DNA from: a virus | Lineage: Duplodnaviria; Caudoviricetes | IMG/VR virus record: IMGVR_UViG_2600255062_000003 | Location: 1 to 64,000 of that record | Strand: one strand, 5' to 3' | DNA: 64,000 bases | Shown here: positions 1 to 10,500 of the stretch, piece by piece | Position numbering within the stretch: the stretch's first letter is position 1 | Layout of the letters: the number at the start of each line of letters is the position of its first letter | Translations under genes and position numbers: made by a program | The notes under the pieces: model-generated | Told to the model about the DNA's origin: nothing | Database searches by the model: none | What the model saw: the letters and a program-made list of their open reading frames with translations, nothing else

Positions 1-792
1 TCCGAGTTCGTCCGTTTCATCATAAAATACGTTTTCATTGTCCTTAAACAACGATTGATTGCAGTGCATACCAGAACCATTTACACCAAACAAAGGTTTT
101 GGCATAAAGGTAGCATGCAAACCATGCTGACGAGCAATCGTCTTAACAACGAGCTTGAACGTTTGAATCTGGTCCGCAGCTTTAATCGCGTCTGCATATT
201 TAAAGTCAATCTCATGCTGACCAGGTGCAACTTCATGATGGGATGCTTCAATTTCGAAGCCCATCTCTTCAAGCTTAAGTACAATTTCACGACGGCAGTT
301 TTCACCCAGATCCATCGGAGCCAGGTCAAAATACCCGCCCTGGTCATTCAGTTCTGTAGTCGGCTCGCCTTTTTCATCCGTTTTGAACAAAAAGAATTCA
401 GGCTCGGGTCCGACATTCATCGAAGTGTATCCCAGCTCTTCGGCTTCCTTAAGTACACGTTTCAAGATGCCCCGTGGGTCACCTGCAAATGGGACTCCAT
501 CCGGCTTGTAAATATCGCAGATCAAACGAGCTACACGATCTGAGGTTACCCAAGGGAATACAACCCAAGTGTCCAAATCCGGATATAAATACATATCAGA
601 TTCTTCAATACGCACATAACCTTCTATAGAAGATCCGTCAAACATCATTTTATTATCCAATGCTTTTTCCAGTTGACTAACCGGAATTTCAACGTTCTTA
701 ATAGTACCCAGCAAATCTGTGAATTGCAAACGAATAAAACGAACATTTTCCTCTTTCGCAATCCGAAGGATATCTTCTCTGCTATAACTCAC
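1..792 (-). CDS. glnA: Glutamine synthetase type I, 5' part (runs off window start)
   Basis: Hand translation from GTG at 792: [29 protein letters not shown]...MFDGSSIEG; RBS present; directly downstream of glnR. Confidence 0.95.
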   Translation of the reverse strand, partial: MSYSREDILRIAKEENVRFIRLQFTDLLGTIKNVEIPVSQLEKALDNKMMFDGSSIEGYVRIEESDMYLYPDLDTWVVFPWVTSDRVARLICDIYKPDGVPFAGDPRGILKRVLKEAEELGYTSMNVGPEPEFFLFKTDEKGEPTTELNDQGGYFDLAPMDLGENCRREIVLKLEEMGFEIEASHHEVAPGQHEIDFKYADAIKAADQIQTFKLVVKTIARQHGLHATFMPKPLFGVNGSGMHCNQSLFKDNENVFYDETDELG

Positions 793-909
793 TCTAACCT
801 CTCCCTTTCTGTAATGACTATATACGAATCAGTTGTTCAATAAATTACTTAAATGATGAGACCAGGTTTTAAAGTAAGGCAACCTTATACCAAGAGGTAA
901 GTCAAGACA

Positions 910-1323
910 TTATCTCTTATTGAAGAACCGTGATAATTCACCTTGGATCAGGGATACCTGTCCTGGCCTTTTGCCTGCAACAAGTTGTTGTTTCAGCAAG
1001 CGGTGAAGCTGAGTATCAGACATTTCACGGCGTTTAACTTCCGTATCTGCAGTAATAACCGTAGCTTCCTCCGATTCCTTGGTAACCGGATTCATGACTT
1101 GTTTAATTCCCGCAATGTTAACACCCTTCTCGATCAACGCCTTAATTTCAAGCAGACGCTCTACGTCATTAAAAGAAAAAAGACGTTGGTTTCCCGATGT
1201 ACGGGCAGGAACTATCAAGTTATGCTGTTCATAATAACGAATCTGACGCGCTGACAAGTCCGTTAGCTTCATGACAATACCTATTGGAAATAAGGCCATA
1301 TTTCTGCGAATTTCGTCGCCCAT
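910..1323 (-). CDS. glnR: MerR-family nitrogen repressor GlnR
   Basis: RRNMALFPIGIVMKLTDLSARQIRYYE HTH and C-terminal QGELSRFF; upstream of glnA. Confidence 0.95.
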   Translation of the reverse strand: MGDEIRRNMALFPIGIVMKLTDLSARQIRYYEQHNLIVPARTSGNQRLFSFNDVERLLEIKALIEKGVNIAGIKQVMNPVTKESEEATVITADTEVKRREMSDTQLHRLLKQQLVAGKRPGQVSLIQGELSRFFNKR

Positions 1324-1359
1324 TTGTCATCAACCTTCCAGTGATCTATTATACACCTT

Positions 1360-1411
1360 ATTGTACATTTAGCTGATGCAAAGTGTCAATGACATGTTAG
1401 AAAAACTCACA
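1360..1411 (-). promoter_or_regulatory. glnRA sigmaA promoter with GlnR/TnrA box
   Basis: Minus strand TTGACA-18nt-TACAAT (1389-1360); TGTTA-N7-TCACA at 1395-1411 matches TGTNAN7TNACA. Confidence 0.8.
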
Positions 1412-2660
1412 ATAATTTACGTTCTTTCATCGTTTGCAGTGCCATAAGCACTCCAAATTTAACATGAGAGTAGGTTAACCCCCCTTGCATGTAACCAATA
1501 TAAGGCTCACGAATAGGAGCATCTGCGGATAGTTCCAAACTTCCCCCTTGTATGAACGTACCTGCAGCCATGATAACTGGATGCTCATAACCCGGCATAT
1601 CCCACGGTTCCGGCACCACATGGCTATCCACGGCAGCCGCACGCTGAATGCCCTGTACAAAAGCAATTAGATGCTCTGGTCCACTAAAAGAAATAGCCTG
1701 AATCAAATCCGTACGCTCTTCATGCCAGGCAGGTTTGGTCTCAAATCCCATCTCTTCAAAGACCGCAGCTGCGAATACGCTCCCTTTAACCGCTTGCCCA
1801 ACCAGTGTTGGAGCAAGGAATAGTCCCTGAAATATGCCTCGTGTAGTACCTAGCATGGCTCCTACTTCTCCACCAATTCCAGGTGCAGTTAATCGGTACG
1901 ATGCCAGCTCTACAAACTTTTGTTTGCCGCAGATATATCCACCCGTTTCTGCAATGCCACCACCGGGATTTTTAATTAACGAACCTGCCATCAAATCGAC
2001 ACCGACTTGAGTAGGTTCCAGCTTCTCGGTAAATTCACCGTAGCAATTGTCAACAAAGACAATAACGTCAGGTTTTATTTCCTTCACACGTGCTGTCATT
2101 TCTTCAATATCTGCTACACTAAAGGAAGCTCTCCAATCATAACCGCGTGAGCGCTGAATACCGATTACTTTGGTATTGTCATGGATCGCAGCCTTCACTG
2201 CTTCCCAGTCCACTTTACCTTCCGCTGTCAGTGAGGTTTCTCCATAAGTAACGCCAAAATCCTGCAATGATCCTGTTCCGTCGCCGGGCTTACCAATCAC
2301 TTTATGCAGGGTATCATAAGGCCTCCCAGTAATGTACAACAGTTCATCCCCTGGACGCAGCACACCAAATAAAGCAGTGGCAATTGTATGAGTACCCGAA
2401 GCAAAATGCGGACGCACCAACGCTGCCTCCGCACCGAACACTTCCGCATAGACTTCTTCCAGCACCTCACGTCCCCGGTCATTGTAAGCATATCCCGTCG
2501 AACCCGCAAAGTGGAAATCGCTCACTTGCTTCCGCTGGAATGCCTGAATTACCTTCCACTGATTTGAATCTACAATATGATCTATGTGCTGTATACGTTC
2601 TTGTATTTTATGTTCTGCCGTTTCCTGAATTTGCTGTATTTCTGGACTAAAAACTACCAT
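1407..2660 (-). CDS. ynbB: PLP-dependent methionine gamma-lyase/aluminium-resistance family protein
   Basis: 417 aa; SGTH, DNCYGEF and GSLIKNPGGG motifs; conserved hflX-ynbB-glnR-glnA order. Confidence 0.9.
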   Translation of the reverse strand: MVVFSPEIQQIQETAEHKIQERIQHIDHIVDSNQWKVIQAFQRKQVSDFHFAGSTGYAYNDRGREVLEEVYAEVFGAEAALVRPHFASGTHTIATALFGVLRPGDELLYITGRPYDTLHKVIGKPGDGTGSLQDFGVTYGETSLTAEGKVDWEAVKAAIHDNTKVIGIQRSRGYDWRASFSVADIEEMTARVKEIKPDVIVFVDNCYGEFTEKLEPTQVGVDLMAGSLIKNPGGGIAETGGYICGKQKFVELASYRLTAPGIGGEVGAMLGTTRGIFQGLFLAPTLVGQAVKGSVFAAAVFEEMGFETKPAWHEERTDLIQAISFSGPEHLIAFVQGIQRAAAVDSHVVPEPWDMPGYEHPVIMAAGTFIQGGSLELSADAPIREPYIGYMQGGLTYSHVKFGVLMALQTMKERKLL

Positions 2661-2771
2661 TTACTTTCTTGACCCTCTCTCTTACGCAGCCTTAGGCTAT
2701 TCATGTTATATTATTGTTCACTTTGAACGATGAGCATTATCATTTTATTGACCCAAAAACATCATTAGATG

Positions 2772-4058
2772 TTAACCTTCTGTGAACTCGCTGAGCGCAT
2801 GACCATACTTTTCGTACTCGCCTCTTTGAATTTCAACTTCATAAATGACATCATTGCCATCATACTCTGTCAGTAGTACATCTCCAATTCGATAAAGCAC
2901 CGATGTTAAATCTCCACGTTCCGCAGGAATACGAAATCTCAGCGTATCACCACTCAGATGCTCTTGAATCAGTTCGCGAATGCCCAGCAAATCCCCTTCA
3001 TCAAAAGCGCTGATTTTCAAATAACCCTCCCCGGAAGGAAGCATTTCGAGTTGCTCAGGAGTACAGGCATCTTTTTTGTTAAATAATACGATCTGAGGCT
3101 TGTCCGCAGCCCCTAGCTGCTGCAAGATCGTCTCTACAACTTTCATCTGTTCGTCTCGCATATCCGAAGACGCATCCACGACATGCAAAATGAGATGTGC
3201 CTCATTCGCCTCCTCCAAAGTAGCCCGGAAGGAAGCCACCAAATCATGAGGAAGATTTTGAATAAAACCGACCGTATCCGTAAGAATAACTTCTTTTCCA
3301 CTCGGAAGTTCCATTGTTCTGGAGGTAGGATCCAGCGTCGCAAACAGTTGGTTCTCAATATATACATCGGCTGCTGTCAGTTGCTTCAACAGCGTCGATT
3401 TGCCCGCATTGGTATAGCCAACAAGTGCAACCTGAACAATACCGCTCTTTTGTCTGCGCTCCCTGTGCAAATACCGGTGACGGGTCACTTCCTCCAATTG
3501 GCGTTTCAGATCACTGATTCGGTCACGGATATGACGACGGTCTGTCTCCAGCTTGCTTTCACCAGGACCACGTGTTCCGATTCCACCGCCAAGACGCGAG
3601 AGGTTTTTGCCATGTCCAGACAAACGGGGGAGTAAATATGACAACTGCGCCAGTTCAACCTGAATAATACCTTCCCGGGTTTTTGCACGTTGAGCAAAAA
3701 TGTCCAGAATCAACTGTGTACGGTCAATAATTTTGAGATCCAGACTTTCTTCCAGATTCCGTACTTGGGCCCCCGAGAGCTCCTGATCAAAAATTGCTGT
3801 ATTCGCTCCCAATTCTTCAGCAACTGCACGTAATTCCTCTACTTTTCCTTTACCAATAAACCATTTTGAGTCCTTGGCTTCCTTATTCTGTGTCAGGACG
3901 CTCAGTACCTCAACTCCCGCTGTCTCAGCCAGTTTCACTAACTCATCCAACGAGTATTCCGTATTAATACCAGATCGTTTGACTTCATCCGTAATCAGAC
4001 TGACCAGAACCGCCTTGTCCTGCATTTCGGTTTGTGTATCATGAGTGGAGTTCGCCAT
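2772..4058 (-). CDS. hflX: Ribosome-splitting GTPase HflX
   Basis: GYTNAGKST, FATLDPT, DTVGFI, NKKD and GGGIGTRGPGESKLE motifs. Confidence 0.97.
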   Translation of the reverse strand: MANSTHDTQTEMQDKAVLVSLITDEVKRSGINTEYSLDELVKLAETAGVEVLSVLTQNKEAKDSKWFIGKGKVEELRAVAEELGANTAIFDQELSGAQVRNLEESLDLKIIDRTQLILDIFAQRAKTREGIIQVELAQLSYLLPRLSGHGKNLSRLGGGIGTRGPGESKLETDRRHIRDRISDLKRQLEEVTRHRYLHRERRQKSGIVQVALVGYTNAGKSTLLKQLTAADVYIENQLFATLDPTSRTMELPSGKEVILTDTVGFIQNLPHDLVASFRATLEEANEAHLILHVVDASSDMRDEQMKVVETILQQLGAADKPQIVLFNKKDACTPEQLEMLPSGEGYLKISAFDEGDLLGIRELIQEHLSGDTLRFRIPAERGDLTSVLYRIGDVLLTEYDGNDVIYEVEIQRGEYEKYGHALSEFTEG

Positions 4059-4171
4059 ATTGTTTGCTCCTTTATTTTCATGTCAACTCTCGAACAGAGA
4101 CCGACCTGATGTTCAGGCCGGCCCCCGTTCGATGTCATAGCATTCGATGTGATTCAGATTCCTATTATCGC

Positions 4172-4581
4172 CTATCTTTTATCCATTTTCAAATCCTCTG
4201 GACGCAGCGTCATCAATTCCTGTTTGCCGGGTTGCCCGCTCCTGTACTGATTAAGCAACCTGACAGCTTGGTGCCGAATCGCTTTTTCAATCACATTACG
4301 AACATAGCGTGCATTACTAAATGCATGAAGACTGTCATTACGCTCGTTTAGCAAATGCTCCTTCATTTTAATTATGGACTGAGGCATGAGAATATAATCC
4401 CGCTCCTTGGCCATCATCTCGGAAATTTGGATGAGCTGATCCACAGTATAATCAGGAAAATCCAACTGGATTGGAAAGCGAGAAGGAAGACCAGGATTCG
4501 TTCGTAAAAAAAAGTCCATTTCCCCCGAGTATCCAGCGAGAATCAAAATAAATTGATTTTTTTGATCTTCCATGGACTTGG
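4172..4581 (-). pseudogene. spoVK: 3' half of host spoVK (AAA ATPase), interrupted by the prophage
   Basis: KSMEDQKNQFILILAGY...NPGLPSRF...FSNARYVRNVIEKAIRHQAVRLL; Walker A/B half absent; canonical position upstream of hflX. Confidence 0.9.
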
Positions 4582-6236
4582 CGACTGTTTGCATTTATAT
4601 GTTTATTATCGGATTCTTTCTTCTCATAATCAACAAAGCCCAGATGTAAATAAACATTTATTTTATTGTCTTCAGTAAGTATAACTTTTTTCACAAACAG
4701 TCGCGTCACTTTTCTCTTGGTCTCCATATCTATATGGTCATTATCGAGCAAATATTTAAAAGATCGTAGTGATTTTTGTACCATTTCAATATGGTTTTGC
4801 TTATTAAACACAGTTGATAAGCTTTTTTCTATTACTTGTAATTCCTCTTTTATGTCTTGTACCTGCAAATCCACCGCTGATACCTTGTCCTCTAAATCCT
4901 TCATTGATTTGATTATTCCAGCCGCATACATCTCTGTATAACGTTCGCGAGACGCTTCTTTTTCCTGTAGGGACTTTTCTAATTTCTTTTTTTGTTTAAG
5001 CAATTCATCAGTGTTTGAGTTTTCTGATTGCTGTTTAATTATACGTTCAAAAAATTCTGTTGGTTCAGATATAATATTTTTAATGTACTCCCAAACAATC
5101 TTATCTACGTAATCAACTCTCCAATTACGTCCCTCACAGATCGGATTGGACTCTCCTGTTCCAACTTCCCATGATTTTTTCGTTTTATGTTGACAAACGT
5201 AATATTTCAGCAGCCCACTTTTAGTCTTCGTAGTCACACCCGACGATACTGCCGCGCCACATCTTCCACATCGACAAATACCTTGCAAAAGATAATCTTC
5301 TGTTGGTCTACCAGATTTGTTTTTGTTTAGTTCATCAAGTCTCTTTTGAATTTTATGATATGTCTCCATTGTAATGTATGCAGGTACAGGTATACGTCTC
5401 CATTCTTCCCTTGGTTGTGGAACTTGCTTCTTTGTTCCATCGGCATTACGAATTACTTTAGATTTGCCAAAATAATAGTTTCCTGTATACGTTTCATTTT
5501 TAAATATTCTACTAATCGTAACTTGATACCATCTATCTTTTTTAGGGGCTGCTACGTTATGTAGAGATAATTCCTCAGCAATCCTAGAACAGCTATAATC
5601 ATTATGTAGGAGCTTATCAACCATTTTTAAATAAATTTCTTTTTCTTCTGGATTCTCAACAAGTGTGTCTAGTTCTGTATCGTAAGTATACCCATAAATT
5701 CTATTTAATCCCGGTATAAGTCCATTTTTGACTTTAGTAATTCTTCCACGTTTGGTATCTGCTAAAATTTTTGCTTTATTATATTCAGCAATACTACCTT
5801 GAATGTTAAAGTTCAACATTGATTCGGGACTCGATTTATCAAATTCGAACTCCACAAACCAGAAGTCTTTTCCCATACCCCATATACGATTAGACAGTTG
5901 GGTTTGTAAATGCAGGAAACGACTCATTCTATTGGGATGTAAAAAAATCACGTGGTCTCCAATCCCATATTCAAGCAAAAATAAAGCGTAATTAATCATT
6001 GGACGATTAGGATTGTCTCCACTTTCACCATCTTCAACTAGAACCACTACTTCATCTTCGGTAATACCTTTTTGCTTGGCTAAATCCATACATCTCTCGA
6101 TCTGAGACTCTATTGAATAGTTGTCAACTTGTCCGTCAGTTGAAACACGAGCATAAATAAGAGCCTTGATCTTTGTGACCAAGGCTTCAAGCTCAGTTTT
6201 GGTGAATTTTTCTGAACCAGTTAAAGTCCTGAGCAT
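4452..6236 (-). CDS. Large serine recombinase (integrase)
   Basis: YARVST catalytic motif, recombinase domain, CGRCG/YYVC zinc ribbon, coiled coil; AGGAGG RBS. Confidence 0.95.
   Translation of the reverse strand: MLRTLTGSEKFTKTELEALVTKIKALIYARVSTDGQVDNYSIESQIERCMDLAKQKGITEDEVVVLVEDGESGDNPNRPMINYALFLLEYGIGDHVIFLHPNRMSRFLHLQTQLSNRIWGMGKDFWFVEFEFDKSSPESMLNFNIQGSIAEYNKAKILADTKRGRITKVKNGLIPGLNRIYGYTYDTELDTLVENPEEKEIYLKMVDKLLHNDYSCSRIAEELSLHNVAAPKKDRWYQVTISRIFKNETYTGNYYFGKSKVIRNADGTKKQVPQPREEWRRIPVPAYITMETYHKIQKRLDELNKNKSGRPTEDYLLQGICRCGRCGAAVSSGVTTKTKSGLLKYYVCQHKTKKSWEVGTGESNPICEGRNWRVDYVDKIVWEYIKNIISEPTEFFERIIKQQSENSNTDELLKQKKKLEKSLQEKEASRERYTEMYAAGIIKSMKDLEDKVSAVDLQVQDIKEELQVIEKSLSTVFNKQNHIEMVQKSLRSFKYLLDNDHIDMETKRKVTRLFVKKVILTEDNKINVYLHLGFVDYEKKESDNKHINANSRQVHGRSKKSIYFDSRWILGGNGLFFTNESWSSFSLSNPVGFS
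4570..4600. other. Host/prophage junction (att site), crossover near 4578-4583
   Basis: SpoVK-like reading stops upstream of ...CAAGTCCATGGAAGAT; sequence becomes AT-rich; adjacent to serine integrase. Confidence 0.75.
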
Positions 6237-6281
6237 AAAGTTCCTCCTATTATCTATTATATGATTATTTTTATGTATTAA

Positions 6282-6434
6282 TTATATATCTTTTGGTACT
6301 AAATGAGAATACTTTTTCATGGTATTTTCCAGCCACAATGAAAATTCGTTCTTTATTTCTTCTATCGGTTTGGCATCTTCTTCGTTAACAGCGTGGACTA
6401 CTACTTCAAAACTATCTATCTTACTTCTTTTCAA
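6282..6434 (-). CDS. 50-aa protein not in ORF track, candidate recombination directionality factor
   Basis: GAGAGGGGGGAG RBS, TTG start: MKRSKIDSFEVVVHAVNEEDAKPIEEIKNEFSLWLENTMKKYSHLVPKDI; directly upstream of integrase. Confidence 0.55.
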   Translation of the reverse strand: MKRSKIDSFEVVVHAVNEEDAKPIEEIKNEFSLWLENTMKKYSHLVPKDI

Positions 6435-6518
6435 TCTACTCCCCCCTCTCTATTGGTATTGAAAGAAGGTATTTAAATAGTTGTCTACAGTCTGTAAAAT
6501 ACTACTTTTATCATGAAA

Positions 6519-7067
6519 TTATTTGCTGCAACCATATGTATTTATTGCATTTTTAACAAAATCATTTAAGTGGTAATGCCACTTGCTTCTTTTTTTAAAT
6601 CCATTAAGTTCTATCCCTATCTCTTCACATATGCCTATAGGTATGCTGCTTTTATTCACTCTGTTCTTATATGTATGGCTAAGCTGATTTTGAGCAGTAA
6701 ATTGGTACTTAACAAAATCCTTGATATGTATAAAGAAAACTCTATTGTCTGGTTCTCTAAAATTTATAATAAAACCACTAATAACATTGTCGTACTCACT
6801 AGCCTCTTTTAATTTGTCAATCTGATGCTGTTTAATTACACTCTCATCAAAACTAACCGATTTTTGTTTTGTGGATTTAAGCTCTAAAGTAAAAAGATAT
6901 TTCTCAGAAAACATCATGCAGTCATAATCATTTTTCGTAACCCTAATTCTGTTTCTTAATTCCGCTGGAATAAAAGTATCTTTAATTCTGGTAAAAAATA
7001 TCTTCTGAGTTGATTCAGCAGACGCTTGAAAGTCACCCTCAAAAAGCTTTCCCTCATTCTTACTCAT
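6519..7067 (-). CDS. RecU-like Holliday junction resolvase
   Basis: GKLFEGDF...DC...LELKST...HQIDKL PD-(D/E)xK pattern. Confidence 0.7.
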   Translation of the reverse strand: MSKNEGKLFEGDFQASAESTQKIFFTRIKDTFIPAELRNRIRVTKNDYDCMMFSEKYLFTLELKSTKQKSVSFDESVIKQHQIDKLKEASEYDNVISGFIINFREPDNRVFFIHIKDFVKYQFTAQNQLSHTYKNRVNKSSIPIGICEEIGIELNGFKKRSKWHYHLNDFVKNAINTYGCSK

Positions 7068-7596
7068 AGGAAGCTCTCCATCATCTTCAAACGATCATCC
7101 AAATAATCTGTTTCTAATTTCACTAGTTCCTCATACTTCTCTTCCTTTATAAATCCATACTTATTGTACATCTCAAGTCTTTTTAATGTATGTGTCTTCA
7201 ACTCTTTAATCAATTCAATATTATGACCAACTAAATTCAAACTACCATTCCTCTCCTGCAATAATTATTTTTGCTCCATTCGCTTTCTTTAAACAGTCAT
7301 AGTCGTCGTGAACGTTCAGACCCTCGAATAAGATCAATATTTCCTCTCCAACTAAGATGTCTTCATTACACCCCGCACAAATTGAAAATCTGTTCACCTC
7401 CTTATCTTGTGCGTCAGGAAATCTATATTCATGATATGGAGTTTCAAATCTATCAAAGTTATTTGCCATTATTGTTCATCTAGAAGCTTGTTCAGGACGA
7501 TTGATACAATCTCTTTGTACTCTTTCTCGCTAAGCTTCCGATTCAAAATACTTTCAATCTTGTATTTGCTCAACTTGTCCATAAAGTTATTCTCCT

Positions 7597-10500
7597 TTAA
7601 CTTTTTCGCTCAGTAGTTACTTTAACTGTGCCATCTTCTCTAATTTCATCTATAAACATAGTGGTATGTTTAACTCTTGAGTCTTTATAGTTGTATGGTC
7701 TAAACTGTGAGCCTCTGCGATATCCAAACAGAATCAATTTGTTACCACGCGTAAACCATGATCTTTCAATAATTTCTTTAGTTCCATCTTGTTTCGGTTT
7801 TGATATTTGTTTGTTGTAATGTGCAAAAGCACCATCGTAATATTTCGCGGTAACTACTCCAGTAGTCGTAAGAATCGTTACAGTATTCTTATTTTTGTCT
7901 TTATCTAAAACAGTCCCAGTAATGAAGTCCAACTTAAATTTGGGTCTAGTTGAACCATTCCTAAATTTCATCATTTCTACCACCACTGGATCTTCAGGCA
8001 GCTCAAAGAAATTTACAATTCCGTATTTGGCTGTATCAATGTTTTTAAGTTCGTGTTCTGTGTAGTAAAAAGATAAAGAGTCCATTTCCCATTTACTCAA
8101 TGTACCTGAAGCTAAACTATTCCATTCGTTTTGATATAGTTTTGAATTAAAAAGAGACAGAGTACTATCTTCAGTTAGCCAACTCTTTATTCCTTCTATC
8201 TTTTTATCGTATTCTTTTTTGAATGTTCGTTCTGCTATGATTGGGAAATTATTGTGATAATCTTTTATAGCTTCTCCTGAAAAGTGCTCATAATAAAAAG
8301 GAGTGGAAATTTTATCGAGCAAGTAAAACTTCTCTTTACCTTCTTTACCATAGACATTTTTGATAATGTACTTTCTAAAGTTGAACAGTCTTTTATATTG
8401 GGACATATCTTCTGGAATCAGATTATTTTCAATAAGAGCATTAAAGTTCTGCATAGTAACTTTTTGTTTAGGTGTAAAAATCTTATGTATAAATTGCTTC
8501 ATAATTTCTAAACGATCACCAAAAGATTCAAAGCAACCAGCTTTAATCAACTGAATTACTTGGGACTTTTTGATGATTGAGGTATTAAACATCCTCTCGA
8601 TAAAATCATCAAAAGATTTATATGGTCTATGTTTAATAATGTTCTGAACAACATCATCACCAATGCCATTGATTCCTTTTAGTCCAAAAACAATTTGATT
8701 AAGCTCTGTATCGGGAAAAAATCCATAATCGGCTTTGCTTATATCTGGAAGACCTATTTTAACACCACGACTTTGCATGTTCCCAATTGCAGAAGCAATT
8801 TTTCCGTAGTTTGTGGATTGTGTTTTAGTATCTTCATTTTCATCGTGAATGGAAGCAGAGTTTACTGTTAAACATGCTGTTCTCCAATAAATAGGATCGT
8901 AAATATTATTCAAGTTAGCTTCCTGTAACGCGATAATTGAATAAGCCAAGGTATGTAACACAGAGAATGAATATCCTAACTGTCTAACTATTTGTTTATT
9001 CCAGACATAATCTAGGATCTCTTTTCTATTCTTTAACTCCAATCCTTTCTTATAAAATTTATTCTTTATGTCTTCGATTTCATTTGCTTTTTTCTTTGCA
9101 ATAATTTTCCTGAGCTTATTTGCTTCTTGGATTGTAAATCCTGCCACTTTTTTGTCCATTGAAAGAAGCATTATAGACTCTTGTGTGTCTGCTACTCCAT
9201 TCAATGCAAGTAAATGCTTCTTCATAGTCTCTATTTCTTCTTCATTTAAAAAATTCTCGTGCAATTCCTTGTACCATTCATTAATATCCTTTTTAAATCT
9301 GATAAAGCTATCAATTGGTGTTTCGCTGTTATGGTCACCCATAAGACGCATAAGTGAGTTTGCAGCAGCTAGTTCGATTAGATTAGATGGTTTAGTTCTT
9401 TTTACGGTTTGTATTCCTATTTCTGTGGAAAACTGAAAAAGATCAGTTATACTATCCGAACCAATTAGGTCATATATTTCTTGACTCTTTATGTCGATAA
9501 TATTGGGATGCAAATATTTGTTATAAGTTTTTCGAATTGATCCTTGCCACTCCATTAGATTTTCTTTAATTAGAAAATCCAATGCCACACGAATCTTATC
9601 CAAACCCTCGATTGTTAACAAGTCGAATTTCATATTTGATACGGCTTCACAATCTTCTAGGCTAAGTTGCGTTACATGAGTACCATTAGGAGCGGTCATC
9701 ATGGCATTAGTTTTATAATATTCTTCATTGAAAACTATTACACCACTAGCATGAATACTTCTTTTGTTTACTAGTCCCTCAATTTTCATTGCCACATTGA
9801 GCCAATTATCAAATTTATTTATTTCAGTAACAAACTCTTTAACTGGCTTACGTTCTTTTTCTTCATTTCCATTAACACAATCTGTTAACGTCCAACTGCT
9901 GCCTCTTTCGAAAGGAATTAGTCCAGACACATACATAGCCGTATCATTATCGATCCCTAGCCCTCTAGCTGCTGTTTGTACAGCAGATTTTGATGCTTCT
10001 GTACCAAATGTGCAAACCTGTAGAACTTGGTTTTCACCAAAGTATTTCTTTAGTTGTTTGAAGATCTGATTCCGTTTTGCTGCTTCAGTATCGATATCAA
10101 TATCTGGGAATTCTGGTCTCTCTGCTGTTAAGTGTCTCCAATGTGGCATTTCGATACCATACTCTAAAGGATTAACCTGAGTAATTCCCAAGAGGAAGCA
10201 AATTAAGTACCCAGCAGAAGAACCACGAGATGGGCCAACCAAACTATTCCCACACTCATCATCCCAAATAACATTTACAATTTCTCGAACTGTAATGTAG
10301 TAACTTGCTACTGATTGATTCATTTTCTCAGATATCTTCCATAGTTCGCCCAATTCAGTGTTAATTCTAGCGGCTACTTTATGCAATTTTTCTTTCGAGT
10401 AGGTGTTGTATGGAAGATACTCTCTAAATCCGTCTTCTATTAATTTTACTATGTATCTATCTTGGCTATTATTCGAGTGAGCCATTTTATCTATAAATTC

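Noticed and set aside
55-4351. Plus-strand and alternate-frame ORFs over glnA, glnR, ynbB, hflX and spoVK
   Set aside because: Shadows of well-supported minus-strand genes.
4172-4594. 140-aa ORF MQTVAKSMED as a rescued spoVK
   Set aside because: The phage-derived ATG has no convincing RBS and the fragment lacks Walker A/B.
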